Positions 1-11,422 are shown, counted from the whole stretch's first letter. The stretch: 63,823 bases of DNA, filler included, from Octopus bimaculoides (GCF_001194135.2; 4 parts of 4 records of this genome joined end to end with filler, not necessarily neighbours in it), one strand, 5' to 3'. Notes: generated by a model from the letters alone, not told the origin. Program-made: numbers and translations.

Positions 1-42
1 ACAAACAGATTTATTAGTATAATGCTCAGGAATTGAAAAAGT

Positions 43-78
43 CTTTAACGTTTCGAGCCTACGCTCTTCCACAGAAAG
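43..78 (-). ncRNA. Minimal type-I hammerhead-like motif, variant core CUGUGGA, in a Penelope pLTR-like repeat
   Basis: Minus strand: cttt-CTGTGGA-a-gagc(gtag)gctc-GAAAC-GTT-aaag; stem I cttt/aaag, stem II 4 bp with tetraloop, stem III loop-less palindrome AACGTT. Confidence 0.5.
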
Positions 79-223
79 GAACACAGAAAAAAAAAGGAGA
101 GAAAAAAAGGAGAGAAAAAAGGAGAGAAAAAAGGAGAGAAAAATGTGTGTAGTGGTTAGCGATCTATCATGGCGAATATATATATATATATATATGTAAA
201 TAATATGTGACAATTATTCGGTA

Positions 224-293
224 GCCATGATAAAACTCTGAGTTTCGGATGTCGGGGCGGAAACCCACGCCGCCATCTCTTCAGTTATCTGGC
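224..293 (-). ncRNA. Type-I hammerhead ribozyme motif in the Penelope pseudo-LTR
   Basis: Minus strand: gcca-gataa-CTGAAGA-gatg...catcc-GAAAC-TCAGA-GTT-ttatc-a-tggc; canonical core, stem I 5+4 bp with one bulge, near-palindromic stem III; predicted cut between 234 and 233. Confidence 0.7.
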
Positions 294-1142
294 CATCGAA
301 AAAATGCTATAAAAATGACCGTTAAATAAAGGGAAATTACGGTGTGATTGACCATTATTAAGACAAAAGATTTATTAGAATGACCGCCTAGTGACGGGAT
401 GGAGTAAAGGTAAGGGAGTAAAAATGCCCATAGTATTCGCGTAAGCGCACAAGTCCATACATACACATGCGCACTCGCACACCCACGTACATGCGCCTAT
501 ATGTATATACTCATCCACCTTCACTTGAAACACACACATGCTCACCCACGCATTCACCAAAAAATATATACATACCCGCATACACGCTCGCACACACACA
601 CAAAAAGGTTCATACACACTTCTATATATGCACATGCACAAGAAAAAACAAGGCTAAAGGCAAAATACAGAAAAAAGTGTAAAAAAGTGTAAAAAAGCAA
701 TAAGAGTAAAACACGTCTATATACGCACATATTCGCATGCACGCACACACACACGTCTACATACGCACATACCCGCACACACGCACACATCTACAAGCGC
801 GCACAAAATGTTCCATATACACGTCTATATACGCACAGGAAAAATGCTGGGTGGAAGGTAGAATATAGAAAAAATATGTGTGAAAAATGTATGAGCAATA
901 AACCTATTAAACAATATCTCTATAAATATGTAAAAAAATTTAAAAATATATAAGAAATATAAGTAAAAAGTATAGAGAGCTAAAAAGCTTGTACGTGGAC
1001 ACAATATAGAGAGCAAGTCCTATCTGTAATCTCGGGTGGACCAAAATCGTAACAAATATTTAGCCACATGTGGAGATGATCCGAAAAGTTCAGTTCTTGA
1101 ATTTAGACATGTGGCGGGGTCTAAGCTGCTTTTCCAGATGAG

Positions 1143-1433
1143 CTATCTTTCCATATCACAAAGACCGCACTTTCCGCTGCCGTTGGTGTAGGGCTTACAC
1201 TTGGCTAAGATCTTCCAGTAGATGCTGTAACTGACACCTTTATCTTTTAAGGACCATATATGACTGGATAATTTGGTCGTTTTCCTTTTATCCCAGTGCC
1301 TGAAGCTCAAGGTGTGATTATTGAACCTGGCTTTGAAATTACCCTCTGTAAGGCCCACGTATTTTTTCGTCGAAACTGTGTCCTTAGTGGATATAGAGTC
1401 TACGGTGGCTTCATAGATGATGGTCTTGAACAT
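1143..1433 (-). pseudogene. Penelope GIY-YIG endonuclease domain fragment
   Basis: TIIYEATV...KYVGLTEGNFKARFNNH...WKILAKCKPY...CGLCDMER matches the PLE GIY-YIG pattern with the CxxCxxE C-terminal motif. Confidence 0.85.
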
Positions 1434-2027
1434 GCAAGCTCCATTTAGCGGGCACGAATTGTTATCCCTGCATGAACATCTGGTTTCATATTGTGGTTTT
1501 TGTGTGTTGTGTGCGATTATGTTTTTAAATTAGTAGTTGAGCTGAAACTGATTTTTAAGTTATGTCTATTGAAGAGCTTTCTGTAACTATGGTTGACTGG
1601 AAAATGTCTATCTATCAGTGCTAAGAAATACTTGCCTATATTAAAGGTCACTTCGGGTGAGTAGGGGGTGTGAACCAGATAGTTCTCCTATTCCTTTGTT
1701 TCCTTTTCTTTTTTATTGGACTGGTGGCGGGTGTATAGGTTATTTCCTCGCTAAATCCATTATCTTTTAGAGCCTTATTATAAACTGGGACAACGCTATT
1801 AAAAATGTCCCTATCGGAGGAGAGGCTAGAAATTCTTTTGCTAATGTTTTTAACTAATTTTTAAAACACTATGGGGGGATGGCAGGAACCCACATTAATA
1901 TAACTAAGTATATCGTTGGTCTTCCTATAAGGTTTATAAATATTCTTATTTAGATCTAAAAATACATCTAGGAAATTGACAACCGTCAGGTTGGTATCTG
2001 TAGTTATGCTAAGGCCGAAAGTTTTCA

Positions 2028-3114
2028 TCAAATGGATAATGTCCTTCCTAAACCGATCCTGTGCTNNNNNNNNNNAGTTTTCATCAAATGGATAATGTCC
2101 TTCCTAAACCGATCCTGTGCTGGTCCATTGGTATTTGCGGTTAAAGCTAGGGCATCATCTTTGTAAATGGCGAAGTATACACCAGGAAAAGTCTTGCCCA
2201 AAATATCGGGTAGGACTAACCCAAAAAGATCGCATATACCTGCTCCATCATATGACCCCATGCTCACATCGAAAGCACCCTCTGTATCGGTAGCCTTGAC
2301 CCACTTTGCGTTCTCGCTGAAGAGTAAAGTCTTTCTAGCATGGAAGATGATGTCCTTATCCTGTGTACTGATTTCTATGAATTCGCTTGTGAAGGTGAGA
2401 GCTTTATCTAGCAGTTCTTTAGAGATAGAGGCATAAAAATCGACAATATCGAATTGCGGGAATCTCGCTTTATTCATATTCTTAATAGCTTTAAACCAGT
2501 CAACGACTTCTATACTATTGGACCATTGTACTAACCTAGTGGCATTCCTGACTTTCGCATTGATTTTTCCTAAAATTTCTTTACTAACAAATCCAAGTTC
2601 TGATTTAGCTGGGTTAATAAGCCCACATTTAGGATTAGATAGGAAGTTCTTTTTATGGTCTTTGATAGTTAGAAAGGCCTCTTTTTTGGGGAGGACCTCT
2701 ATTTTTTAAATCTAATTTAAGTCTGGCAGTGATAATGCTAGCTTCTTTATTAATTTCGTTATAGGTTTGTGGTAGCCTTGGTGTAATTATTGATGATGCT
2801 GTTGTGTAGAAGTCGTGAATATGTGCTGTTTTCTACTAAGTATAAGTTCTTAGTTTTATCGGAAAAAAGTGCCTTTTTTAAAAAACTTTTTTATGTAATT
2901 GATATCTTTTTTTCAGTAGGTCCGCTTCGAAGTCTTCCAAGCCTTTGATTTTTGGAGGGAATTTTTTAGATTTAATATCATAGAATATATTCTCTGTAGT
3001 GTCCTCTTCCATGTAAAAGAAAGCTGTAATTTTCTCCAAAAGTTTCTTAGAGTATAGTTCCCTTGATGTTATAGGTATATTTTTCATAGAATAATCGATG
3101 TAGTAGGCGTCCAT
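2028..3114 (-). pseudogene. Penelope reverse transcriptase fragments (frameshifted)
   Basis: FDIVDFYASISKELL, VSMGSYDGAGICDL and YKDDAL correspond to PLE RT motifs FDIxxFYPSI, MGSYDGAEICDL and YRDD; N-terminal part KNIPITSRELYSKKLLEK. Confidence 0.85.
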
Positions 3115-3224
3115 ATTGAATTCTTCTGCAGGACAGTGTCCTCAACTGATTTCTGGCGATTTTCCAAAATAAGTTGTATTAGCTGTATTAGCCCTTACGG
3201 AAAAATAGCTGTGTACAGGGAGGG

Positions 3225-3385
3225 GTGTTATTGGGCACCTACAAATCGATAAAATCATGCAAGAAAGAAGAATGGAGAACTGCAGCAACTTGACAACTGT
3301 AAGGATGGATTAACAAAAATCTTTTGATTGTATACTACATAGACTGGATTATCAAAGCACTGCAATTGACCTACGGTCAATAGCG
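3225..3385 (+). mobile_element. R4/Dong-type LINE RT fragment, inverted relative to the copy at 4150-4290
   Basis: About 135 bp of roughly 90% identity to the reverse complement of 4150-4290; encodes a decayed NLxxxWIDYxKxFDSxxHSWII motif. Confidence 0.7.
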
Positions 3386-3497
3386 GTGTACGGGAGGGTT
3401 TCCGTCCCGACATCCGAAACTCGGAGTTTTATGGCTACCGAATAATTGTCACATATTATTTACAGATAAATTCCTCTATTTACATAATATCGAGGTC

Positions 3498-3565
<68 letters not shown>
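3498..3565. repeat. (CTTT)n microsatellite
   Basis: Direct reading. Confidence 0.95.
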
Positions 3566-3828
3566 TTATGGTCTTACCTTTTCTATCAATATATATATAA
3601 TGGAGAATGGAGACAAACGCTCAAGTTGTTATTTAAATCATTTATATCACCATATCACCGACACATGTTTCGATAGATGCATTAAAATAAATCCGAGAGG
3701 AAGAATAATGTGAAAAAATGCATCAGTCTTAACAGGGAGGATATTAACAACAGTGTTCAGCCTTGGGCGCTTATGTGACATTTGGCTACCTTGTAACTGT
3801 TCCTCTGGATCTTTCCTTGTAAACTGAA

Positions 3829-3833
<5 letters not shown>

Positions 3834-3873
<40 letters not shown>

Positions 3874-3932
3874 ACACACACACACACACACATAAATATA
3901 TGTATATATATGTGTGTGTGTGTGTGTGTGCG
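3834..3932. repeat. (CA)n/(TA)n/(TG)n microsatellite
   Basis: Direct reading. Confidence 0.95.
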
Positions 3933-3959
3933 TATGTATAAATGTGTATGTGCGTATAA

Positions 3960-4760
3960 CAACAATAACAAGATATTTCAAGTTTATGATAAACAGGTAG
4001 TGTATGAAAGAGCAGTACTGAGAAGCTATCGCTATGAAAGTTACTGTTTTGGAGAGCATAGTGTCAGATTTGCTGTCGTCATTGTTGCCTCTGAGAAATA
4101 GAGAGTTGTACTAATTTTTGGTTCGGTTGTGGATTTCAGGTATTAATGGGACTTTAGTCAATTGCAGTGCTTTGATAATCCAGCCTATGTAGTATACTAT
4201 CAAAAGATTTTTGTTAATCCATCTTTACAGTTGTCAAGTTGCTGCAGTTCTCCATTGTTCTTTCTTGTATGCTTTTATTGATTTGTAGGTGCTCAAGACC
4301 CCCCCCCCCCCTCAGTTCTTTTTTTACTTCCTGCTTGTTCAGGAGTTATTATTTTGTTGGTGGTGCAATGCTCCTGTAGAAACAACTTGAAACAGCCAGT
4401 ATATATTTTATACATGATATTCAAGCCGGCTATCAGGCAGTAAATTTTAAGCTTCGATGGTTTGGTTTTTGGTGTGGATGAATGAGAAGGATGATGGCTG
4501 TTGAGATCTTGATACATTTCCCATTGTGCTATTAAATGTCGTTGATAAAATTTGACATTTTTGAACCAATATTCTGCTTTAAGATCTGGGCTAGGAGATT
4601 TTCTGTTTGGTATTTTCCCCCAGACTGTTTTCAGTACTGTATTGTCGATTTCGTAAAGTTTTTGCTCAACATGCTTGCAGTATCCCTGTTCTAAATTGTC
4701 TATTCTTTCAGCTTTTTCGTCGAATTTATCATTTCTTTCCCATGATCTCCAGTAACTTAC
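3960..4760 (-). mobile_element. R4/Dong-type non-LTR retrotransposon, N-terminal half of RT (decayed)
   Basis: PNRKSPSPDLKAEYWFK, LNIMYKIYTGCFKLFLQEHC, IITPEQAGSKK and a frameshifted F(H)SDSFSVLLF (GIFQGDSLSxLLF motif). Confidence 0.8.
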
Positions 4761-4779
4761 CACTTCTGTTGATGGTTTT

Positions 4780-4958
4780 TGTATGTATGTATGTATGTAT
4801 GTATGTATGTATGTATGTATGTGCGTTTGTATGTGTGTGTGCGTGCGTGCATGCATGTATATAGGTATGTATGTATGTATGTATGTATGTATGTTTGTAT
4901 GTGTGTGTGTGCGTGTGTGCATGCATGCATGCATGCATGTATGTATGTATGTATGTAT
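4780..4958. repeat. (TATG)n/(TG)n microsatellite
   Basis: Direct reading. Confidence 0.95.
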
Positions 4959-5779
4959 GGTTGTTGTAGTTGTAATAGTGTTGTTGTTGATGTTGTCATG
5001 GTAGTAGTTGAGGTTTGATTGCTGCTATTGTAGCTACTGTACCAATATCTGTTGTTTACTATTCACTATGTTATGAGTAGATAACATTTTTATGAATGTT
5101 ACTAAAATTAAGATAAGTGATGATATGCTGAAAATGTCAGCCCAAGAAACAAACAGTTTGCTATTTATCTTATATTTGCCAATTTATTTGGCATCTCTCC
5201 CAAGAAATATGCTTGTTTATTATTTATATTTGTTTATAGATTTTCGATGAATGCACTGTCGGACAGTTTCCATTGAGAAGAATTTGGCAATTTGAAAATA
5301 TTGTTCTGATTAGCGTTATATCACTTGTATCACTTGTATCACTTGTATCACTTGTATGGAATATAGTTTACAAGTGTCAACTTCTACCACTCCTTCTCAA
5401 TGTCTATCTGTCCTCCTTTTTCTTAGTGTATGACTACATCCACATGTTCCTGCAATAAAGCAGTTACACACACATGTGCATAGAAGACATGTACAATGGG
5501 TTTTTATATATGTAAGTTACTGAATTGAAGAACTTCAGTAAATTGAGATTATGTATATAGTCAGTAGATAAAACTCTCTTTAGCTTAGTCAACTGATATA
5601 TTTTGCAAAATATAGACGATGTAGTTGCTTCTATCAGCGCGTCTTAAACACTTCTTGTTTGGGTTCATCTTTTTTTCTCTTTTGACGTCTGCAGCACTTT
5701 GCCACCTCTCATTAGCATTCACTCCTCGTCATTGCATGGCAATTGGGAAGTAGTTCTATATTTAAGAGATGAGAATTAT

Positions 5780-5931
5780 GTACATTATTTACATTATTTA
5801 CATTTGACGGATATTTGTCCTCATCTTGTTTGTTGTTAACACAACATTTCGGCTGATATACCCTCCAGCCTTCATCAGGTGTCTTGGAGAAATTTCGAAC
5901 CTGGGTTCTCAATCCTAAGGTATTTTTCGGT
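5780..5931 (-). mobile_element. Non-autonomous Penelope pLTR-like repeat carrying a hammerhead motif
   Basis: Same sequence recurs at 34455-34605 and, partial and inverted, at 6789-6852; contains CTGATGA...GAAA. Confidence 0.65.
5838..5883 (-). ncRNA. Minimal type-I hammerhead motif (canonical CUGAUGA core)
   Basis: Minus strand: gacac-CTGATGA-a-ggctg(gagggtatat)cagcc-GAAAT-GTT-gtgtt; stem I 5 bp, stem II 5 bp, loop-less stem III; C15.2 appears mutated to T at a CpG. Confidence 0.6.
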
Positions 5932-6026
5932 CTTCTTCTTCTTCTTCTTCTTCTTCTTCTTCTTCTTCTTCTTCTTCTTCTTCTTCTTCTTCTTCTTCTT
6001 CTTCTTCTTCTTCTTCTTCTTCTTCT
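5932..6026. repeat. (TTC)n microsatellite
   Basis: Direct reading. Confidence 0.95.
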
Positions 6027-6027
6027 A

Positions 6028-6722
6028 TCATGGTCCGTTGCTGTTCTAGTTTTAGTTTGGATTTCATTTGTTTTATAGCTTATGTTGTTTCTTCCTCTTC
6101 TTCGTATTTGTTAGGTAGTATGATTTCTTGTTTGTATTTGTCAGCTTCCTTAAATAGTGAAAACAATTTTTTGCTTTGCTCGTGTTTTGTGGCTATTTGT
6201 ATTAGTTTTCCTTGCTTCTGAAGTAGGTATTTTTACAGTAATATGGTGGCTATTTTATAATAGTTTTCCAGCTGTATAAGGCCTCTTCCACCTTCTGTAC
6301 GTTGTATATATAAATTTTCTATGTGGGATTTTGGGTGGTGCATCCTAGATCCTGCTATTATTTTTCTTGTTTTCCTGTCTATTTTAGATAGTTCGTTTAG
6401 TGTCCAGTTAAAGATATTGTAGCTGTAACTTATAACTGGGACGGCTATAGCATTGAGCTCTATTTTAAGTATTGATCTAACTCGTCTATAGTATTCTTTC
6501 TTTATTTCCTCTTTCATATGTGTGTGTTGTTTCGTATCTAGTTCACTGAATCCTAAATATTTGTATGTCTGGCTTTGGTCTAATTCTCTTATTTCTTTGG
6601 CTTTATCTAGTGTGATGTTGCTACTCTTAAGTAGTTTTCCTGTTTTCAGGGTTGCTTTAATACATTTTTCTAATCCAAATTTCATATCTATTTCTTTGGT
6701 AAATCCATGTACTGTCTGTAGT
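6028..6722 (-). mobile_element. R4/Dong-type LINE, RT C-terminal/thumb region
   Basis: DMKFGLEKC, YKYLG, EYYRRVRSIL, IAVPVISYS, IDRKTRK, MHHPKSHIENLY, GGRGLIQLE are typical of RLE-bearing LINEs; flanked by (TTC)n and (ATT)n. Confidence 0.9.

Positions 6723-6726
<4 letters not shown>

Positions 6727-6788
<62 letters not shown>
6727..6788. repeat. (ATT)n microsatellite
   Basis: Direct reading. Confidence 0.95.
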
Positions 6789-6790
<2 letters not shown>

Positions 6791-7079
6791 GTTGTGTTAA
6801 CAACAAACAAAATGAGGACAAGTATCCGTCAAATGTAAATAATGTAAATAATTGGGAAGTAATATTGGTGAAGTTCCTTTCGGTTTCCTGATATTGTAGA
6901 AAAAGTCGTTTCTGGGTTCTGTTGCTGAGGTTACTGGTTCTGTTGCTGTCCACTGCGTTGTTTCTCCTCTTCTTCTTTAGTTACCTTGGGCAGATAGTTC
7001 TTAAGTGGGTCCTACTTCTACACGTGTCAACAGCTGGGTTTTCTTCCCGTACAACTATATTGTTGTATCTGGTATTAAT

Positions 7080-7330
7080 AGAGCATTCAGCTGTACAAGT
7101 CTCCTGGCTAAGTTTCCCGACGGATACTTAGCCAGTAACGTTCCCTGCGTTCTGTCGTCTGTACATTAACGACACACCTTGCCATCACTTCTAACAGCAT
7201 TTCCTCTTCGGCAGATGACATCACAGTTCACTCGTTTTTTAACTTCCTGCACACTGACGTCGTCCACAGCAACCTAAGCACCTCTCACTAGCCAAGCATG
7301 CAGTGATTCCACGAACTTGGGATAAAATCC
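7080..7330 (+). mobile_element. Highly decayed CR1/L2/Jockey-like LINE RT remnant
   Basis: LYINDTP and, after a frameshift, SADDITVH resemble the LYINDLP...FADD RT motifs. Confidence 0.4.
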
Positions 7331-8779
7331 TTCAATGGGGAACATGACAACCAAATCTGTTTCTAAAGCATTACATCATAAAGATTCAATCCCTATACAT
7401 TTAAATCACGAATAACACATTAAACTCCGAAAGTTACCATAAGCGGCCATAAGCGGCATGATAATTTGTGATGAGCTCTTATAACAACCACACAAAACTG
7501 CATCATAGCGATTATGATATCGCTTTAGGTACAAGAAATATTTCAACCAGATTAGTTGCCAGACTTCTTTAAATCTCAAATAAAATTCACACTTTAATTC
7601 GGACTATATTGACTGGACAGAAATGATACTATACACACATGCATCCTTGATCATATTTATGGCATACAATATACATTGGTAACAGACTTCAGATTAAGTG
7701 GACTAGCTTCAGTATTTTGACACACAATATATATTTTGTGAATCAACGCAAACAGAAAGGTAGATGACCTGAAGAAAAGTTACTTTTCAAAATACCTTTA
7801 ACTGAAGACATTTTGTAACATTTCATGATTAAAAGGTTAAGAGTAGAAGGAAATACGCAAATCAAATATAGGAAATTATTTTAGAATGTAATATCTTATG
7901 TTAACTAATTACCTTACGTGGAGAACAAATAGTCATATCATATGGCTGCATATTATTTAAACAAGTATTAACACGGTATAGAGGGGAACTTTAGTTAACA
8001 TTGCCTCCTGGTTTAAGCACATAAGCTGTATTTTCAAGTGACTCAAAAAGGGTGTGATATTAAATTCTAAATGGGTATGGTGCAATGTTGAAATGGAATA
8101 TATATCAGGTTACCATGAAAGATTATCAGAGATTGTGAGCCTTGAATTTAAAGCAATTTCGATCATTTTAATGAGAGGTGCTTCATGTAATAGTAGAGTG
8201 AAGTATAAAACTTTCCTAAATTCGTGTAGTGATCGTGTCCTTGTATTTCTGAGCCTCAATAAATGAGAGGTTAGATGAACTGAGGTGTGGATGTGGATAA
8301 CATATCTGTGTGAAATTACCGAAAGGGAAAGTGTAGATCAGTTGTAGAGATGAAGTGAGATGGGTTCAACCAGGAATAGGAAGTGTATTGAAAACTTGTA
8401 TTGCGAAGAGCTTACATCTTACAATTTGGTGCTACCGCAATTTATTCATAGTATCAAAATGGAAGCTGAAAGATAATGAGTATCAGACATTGGAATAAAT
8501 GTATTGTGTTCTCTTAACTTCTTTTGAGCTACTCCGGTAGTCTATGAAATAAGAATCAATCAACTAGTGATGTCGATTTCATCGACTGCGTCTCATAATC
8601 TTAAATTACAACGCGAAAAATTGTAAGATTAGACAAATTATGATACCCATATTAAATTTATTTTTTACAAGGAAAGATTTGGCAGTGACTTGGAAGTTTC
8701 TGTCGAAGTCAATCACTGGTGAAACATCGAAGCTACTGCCAGGTTCTTAACTACTTAACGTAGTTTTTCTCTTTCGGTT

Positions 8780-9200
8780 CCTCTCGAAGCTGATCGTCTC
8801 GTTCTTTCACCAGTTAGTGCTCATTTAACCGTTGTAGTAAGTTCCTTCCCTCCTCTGTAAAATCCTTTCCTTTCAGAAAGTAAAACTTGCTTTCACTTTG
8901 ATAATTATTTCTCTCCTGATGATCTTTCTGGACTTTCTGCCATTTCTTGTTCGATTTCCTCTTCAACATAGACATGTTCTTCATTTTCCCCTGTTATGGA
9001 GATCTCTTCCAGTTCCAACAGGGATTGCCATTGTCTTTTCATGATTAGATCTTTCAATCTAGAAGCTTTTGTCCTGTGAGAGGGAATATATCTCTACACT
9101 TTTTATACATTCCTTTGCATTCTTGTAGTAACATTCTATGACAATCCTTTTATCCTTTTGAGACCGTCTTTTCCTAATCCTTGCAGCAGTATTTGAAAAA
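8780..9200 (-). mobile_element. R4/Dong-type LINE N-terminal ORF remnant
   Basis: RKRRSQKDKRIVIECYYK...LIMKRQWQSLLELEEI resembles the RKKWSxEDNxIVMECYY...WLSxLELEEI N-terminus of this clade; stops present. Confidence 0.6.
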
Positions 9201-9476
9201 CATCCAGGTTCATCCTGCTACATGGTGAGACACACGCTGTACGAGAGACATTTACTTGAGTTTCCAGTCACTCTAACGTAGTTGTGATAACCTCTTTTTA
9301 ATTTGGCATACCACTTATAAAGAGGATAGTGGTGTTAGAATGGTACGACCACCTTTGTTTTTCTCGAGATACCATCTCTATGGGGTTGCTAGCCAAGTTT
9401 AAAGAGACCTTCCTCATTTTGTGGTATACCTAATTCCGCAAGAGCGACCTCTGTAATTTTTGGCCTCCGGATACAT

Positions 9477-10530
9477 ATTATTATTATTCAGTAGTTTTAT
9501 TTTTATAACGCGCTTTCACTTCACTACCGAGCGCAGCTCTGTGTGCCTTGGGTATGTGCTGTGGTTTACTGTGATGCTCTTATGGTTACTGTATTGAAAG
9601 TGTTTTGCGTAGGATGTGTGCAGTGCCCAGTAGTGCAATTTTCTGTATGTTATATATATTTGTAAGTCCTGGTGTTTTTGTTATGTATTTGTCTGAATAT
9701 TTTTTTATTATACCTAAGGCACCTACTATGATAGGAATTGTTTCTGTTTTTAGATTCCACATTCGAGTTGCCTCTATTTCCAGGTCTTTGTATTTTGAAA
9801 GTTTTTTCCATTTCTTTTAGGGAAACGTTGTCATCTGCTGGTATTGATACATCAATTAGAAAGCATTTTTTTTTCTTCATGATCTTTGACAACTATATCT
9901 GATCTATTTGCCTTAATTTCACTATCTGTGTGTATTGGCATATCCCAGAGTATGGTTGTTTTCTTGTTTTCTGNNNNNNNNNNNNNNNNNNNNNNNNNNN
10001 NNNNNNNNNNNNNNNNNNNNNNNNNNNNNNNNNNNNNNNNNNNNNNNNNNNNNNNNNNNNNNNNNNNNNNNNNNNNNNNNNNTAGTGTTGGCGTAGCTTC
10101 CAGTGTATATAGATCCCAGCTCTGTCGTGTCTGTGAATATATTCCTTCTTACTCAGGACTGGCCAGCCAGAGATAATATCATTTATTGTTTCTTGTCCAT
10201 CTCCACATATTCTGCAGTTACTTGTTATGTTTCTTTTCATTATATGTTTTTGGTAATTTCTGGTGGGGAGGCTTTGGTCTTGTGCAGAATTTAAATATCC
10301 TTCAGTCTCTGCTTTGAATCCTGAGCTTCTCAACCATTGCTGGGATTTTTCTCTATTTCTTTTGCATTTAGTTTAGCCCAGTATTTACCATGTAGGGGCT
10401 TTTCTTGCCATCGTTTTATCATGGTCCGTTGCTGTTCTAGTTTTAGTTTGGATTTCATTTGTTTTATAGCTTTTGTTGTTTCTTCTTCTTCTTCGTATTT
10501 GTTAGGTAGTATGATTTCTTGTTTGATCTT
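9477..10530 (-). mobile_element. R4/Dong-type LINE 3' end: CCHC knuckle, restriction-like endonuclease, 3' UTR and (TAA)n tail
   Basis: CRICGDGQETINDIISG, RHD, WDMPIHTD..ANRSDIV, CFLIDVSIP, IPIIVGALG; stop at 9586-9588; 3' UTR ends ataaaactactgaataataat. Confidence 0.92.
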
Positions 10531-10879
10531 TTCAATCTGACCGACAAATTTTTTAATTAAATTTTTTTAACTAAACACTTTGAAACTTCGGATACTGGTA
10601 GAATGTGTCATATAGAACAGGGTTTACTCTTAACGTTTTTGACAAAAGTTTTGTATTTTTGGAGTTATTTCGTGTTAAAGTTGTCGTATTTGGGTAACTT
10701 TAACCAATCAATGACGTGTATTCAGCAGAAGAAAATTACTGCTGCTGTTTGCGAACAACAACTTCCGGGTCCACTCCCCTAACAAAACCCTTCTTTAATA
10801 ACCAGAGATGGTTTTATAGCAACATAGCTTTGCTGTATCAGTATTGATTTGAGGCTAAAATAACAACAAAATTATTACT

Positions 10880-11090
10880 GAGACAGACCAACGGCGGAGC
10901 CTGTATGTGGTTGCATGACCTGCTAGAAAAAGTAGCCAGACTTTTTTACATACAGAATAGAAAGACCTCTATCCTGTGATATACACGTCGAGTCCATTAT
11001 ATCTGGGAAGAAAGATGGAATGGTTACAGTTGGGACGTCTTTGATCATATCTGTTCAATCAGATCCAACTCAGGACTAAACAACAGGTGA
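10880..11090 (+). mobile_element. Interspersed SINE-like repeat (family E)
   Basis: Motifs gacctgctagaaa.tagcc and ggg(a/c)taaacaaca recur at about 12290-12380 (-), 46120-46300 (-) and 53940-54010. Confidence 0.45.
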
Positions 11091-11422
11091 TGAAGGGAAC
11101 GAGACGAGGCAACGAGAGAGCCTTTACCTGGGTGCTTGGGTTGCTAGAAAGAGCAACCAAATCTTCCCGACAAAAAAGAAAAATGAAATTTCCGTCTTCA
11201 AGAAAAAAAAATAATGCAAGTTTATATTATTTTATAAGGGAATCCCAATATTTGGAATATGGATACTTGCTATCTTTTAGTCTTTCAACTTTTCATTAAC
11301 TTTAGCTGATTCACAATTCAGTGAGGAATATTGTTAAGATTATATAGGACTGAGGTGACTCCTCCAGAAGTTATACAGAAATATAAAAATAGAAGAGTAC
11401 CATAGTTATCATGTGAAATTGG

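Larger units (their letters stand above)
195..3464 (-). mobile_element. Decayed Penelope-like retroelement bounded by inverted terminal repeats
   Basis: Minus-strand RT fragments (about 2028-3114), GIY-YIG fragment (1143-1433), hammerhead motif at the 3' terminus; about 70-bp inverted repeats at 195-266 and 3396-3464. Confidence 0.85.

Noticed and set aside
2018-2122. Direct duplication flanking a 10-N gap (also 37240-37335)
   Set aside because: Typical unmerged contig overlap
3655-3732. Half hammerhead on the minus strand (GAAAC-ATGT-GTC, with CTGATGC upstream)
   Set aside because: Core incomplete and no stem I pairing; at most a decayed relic
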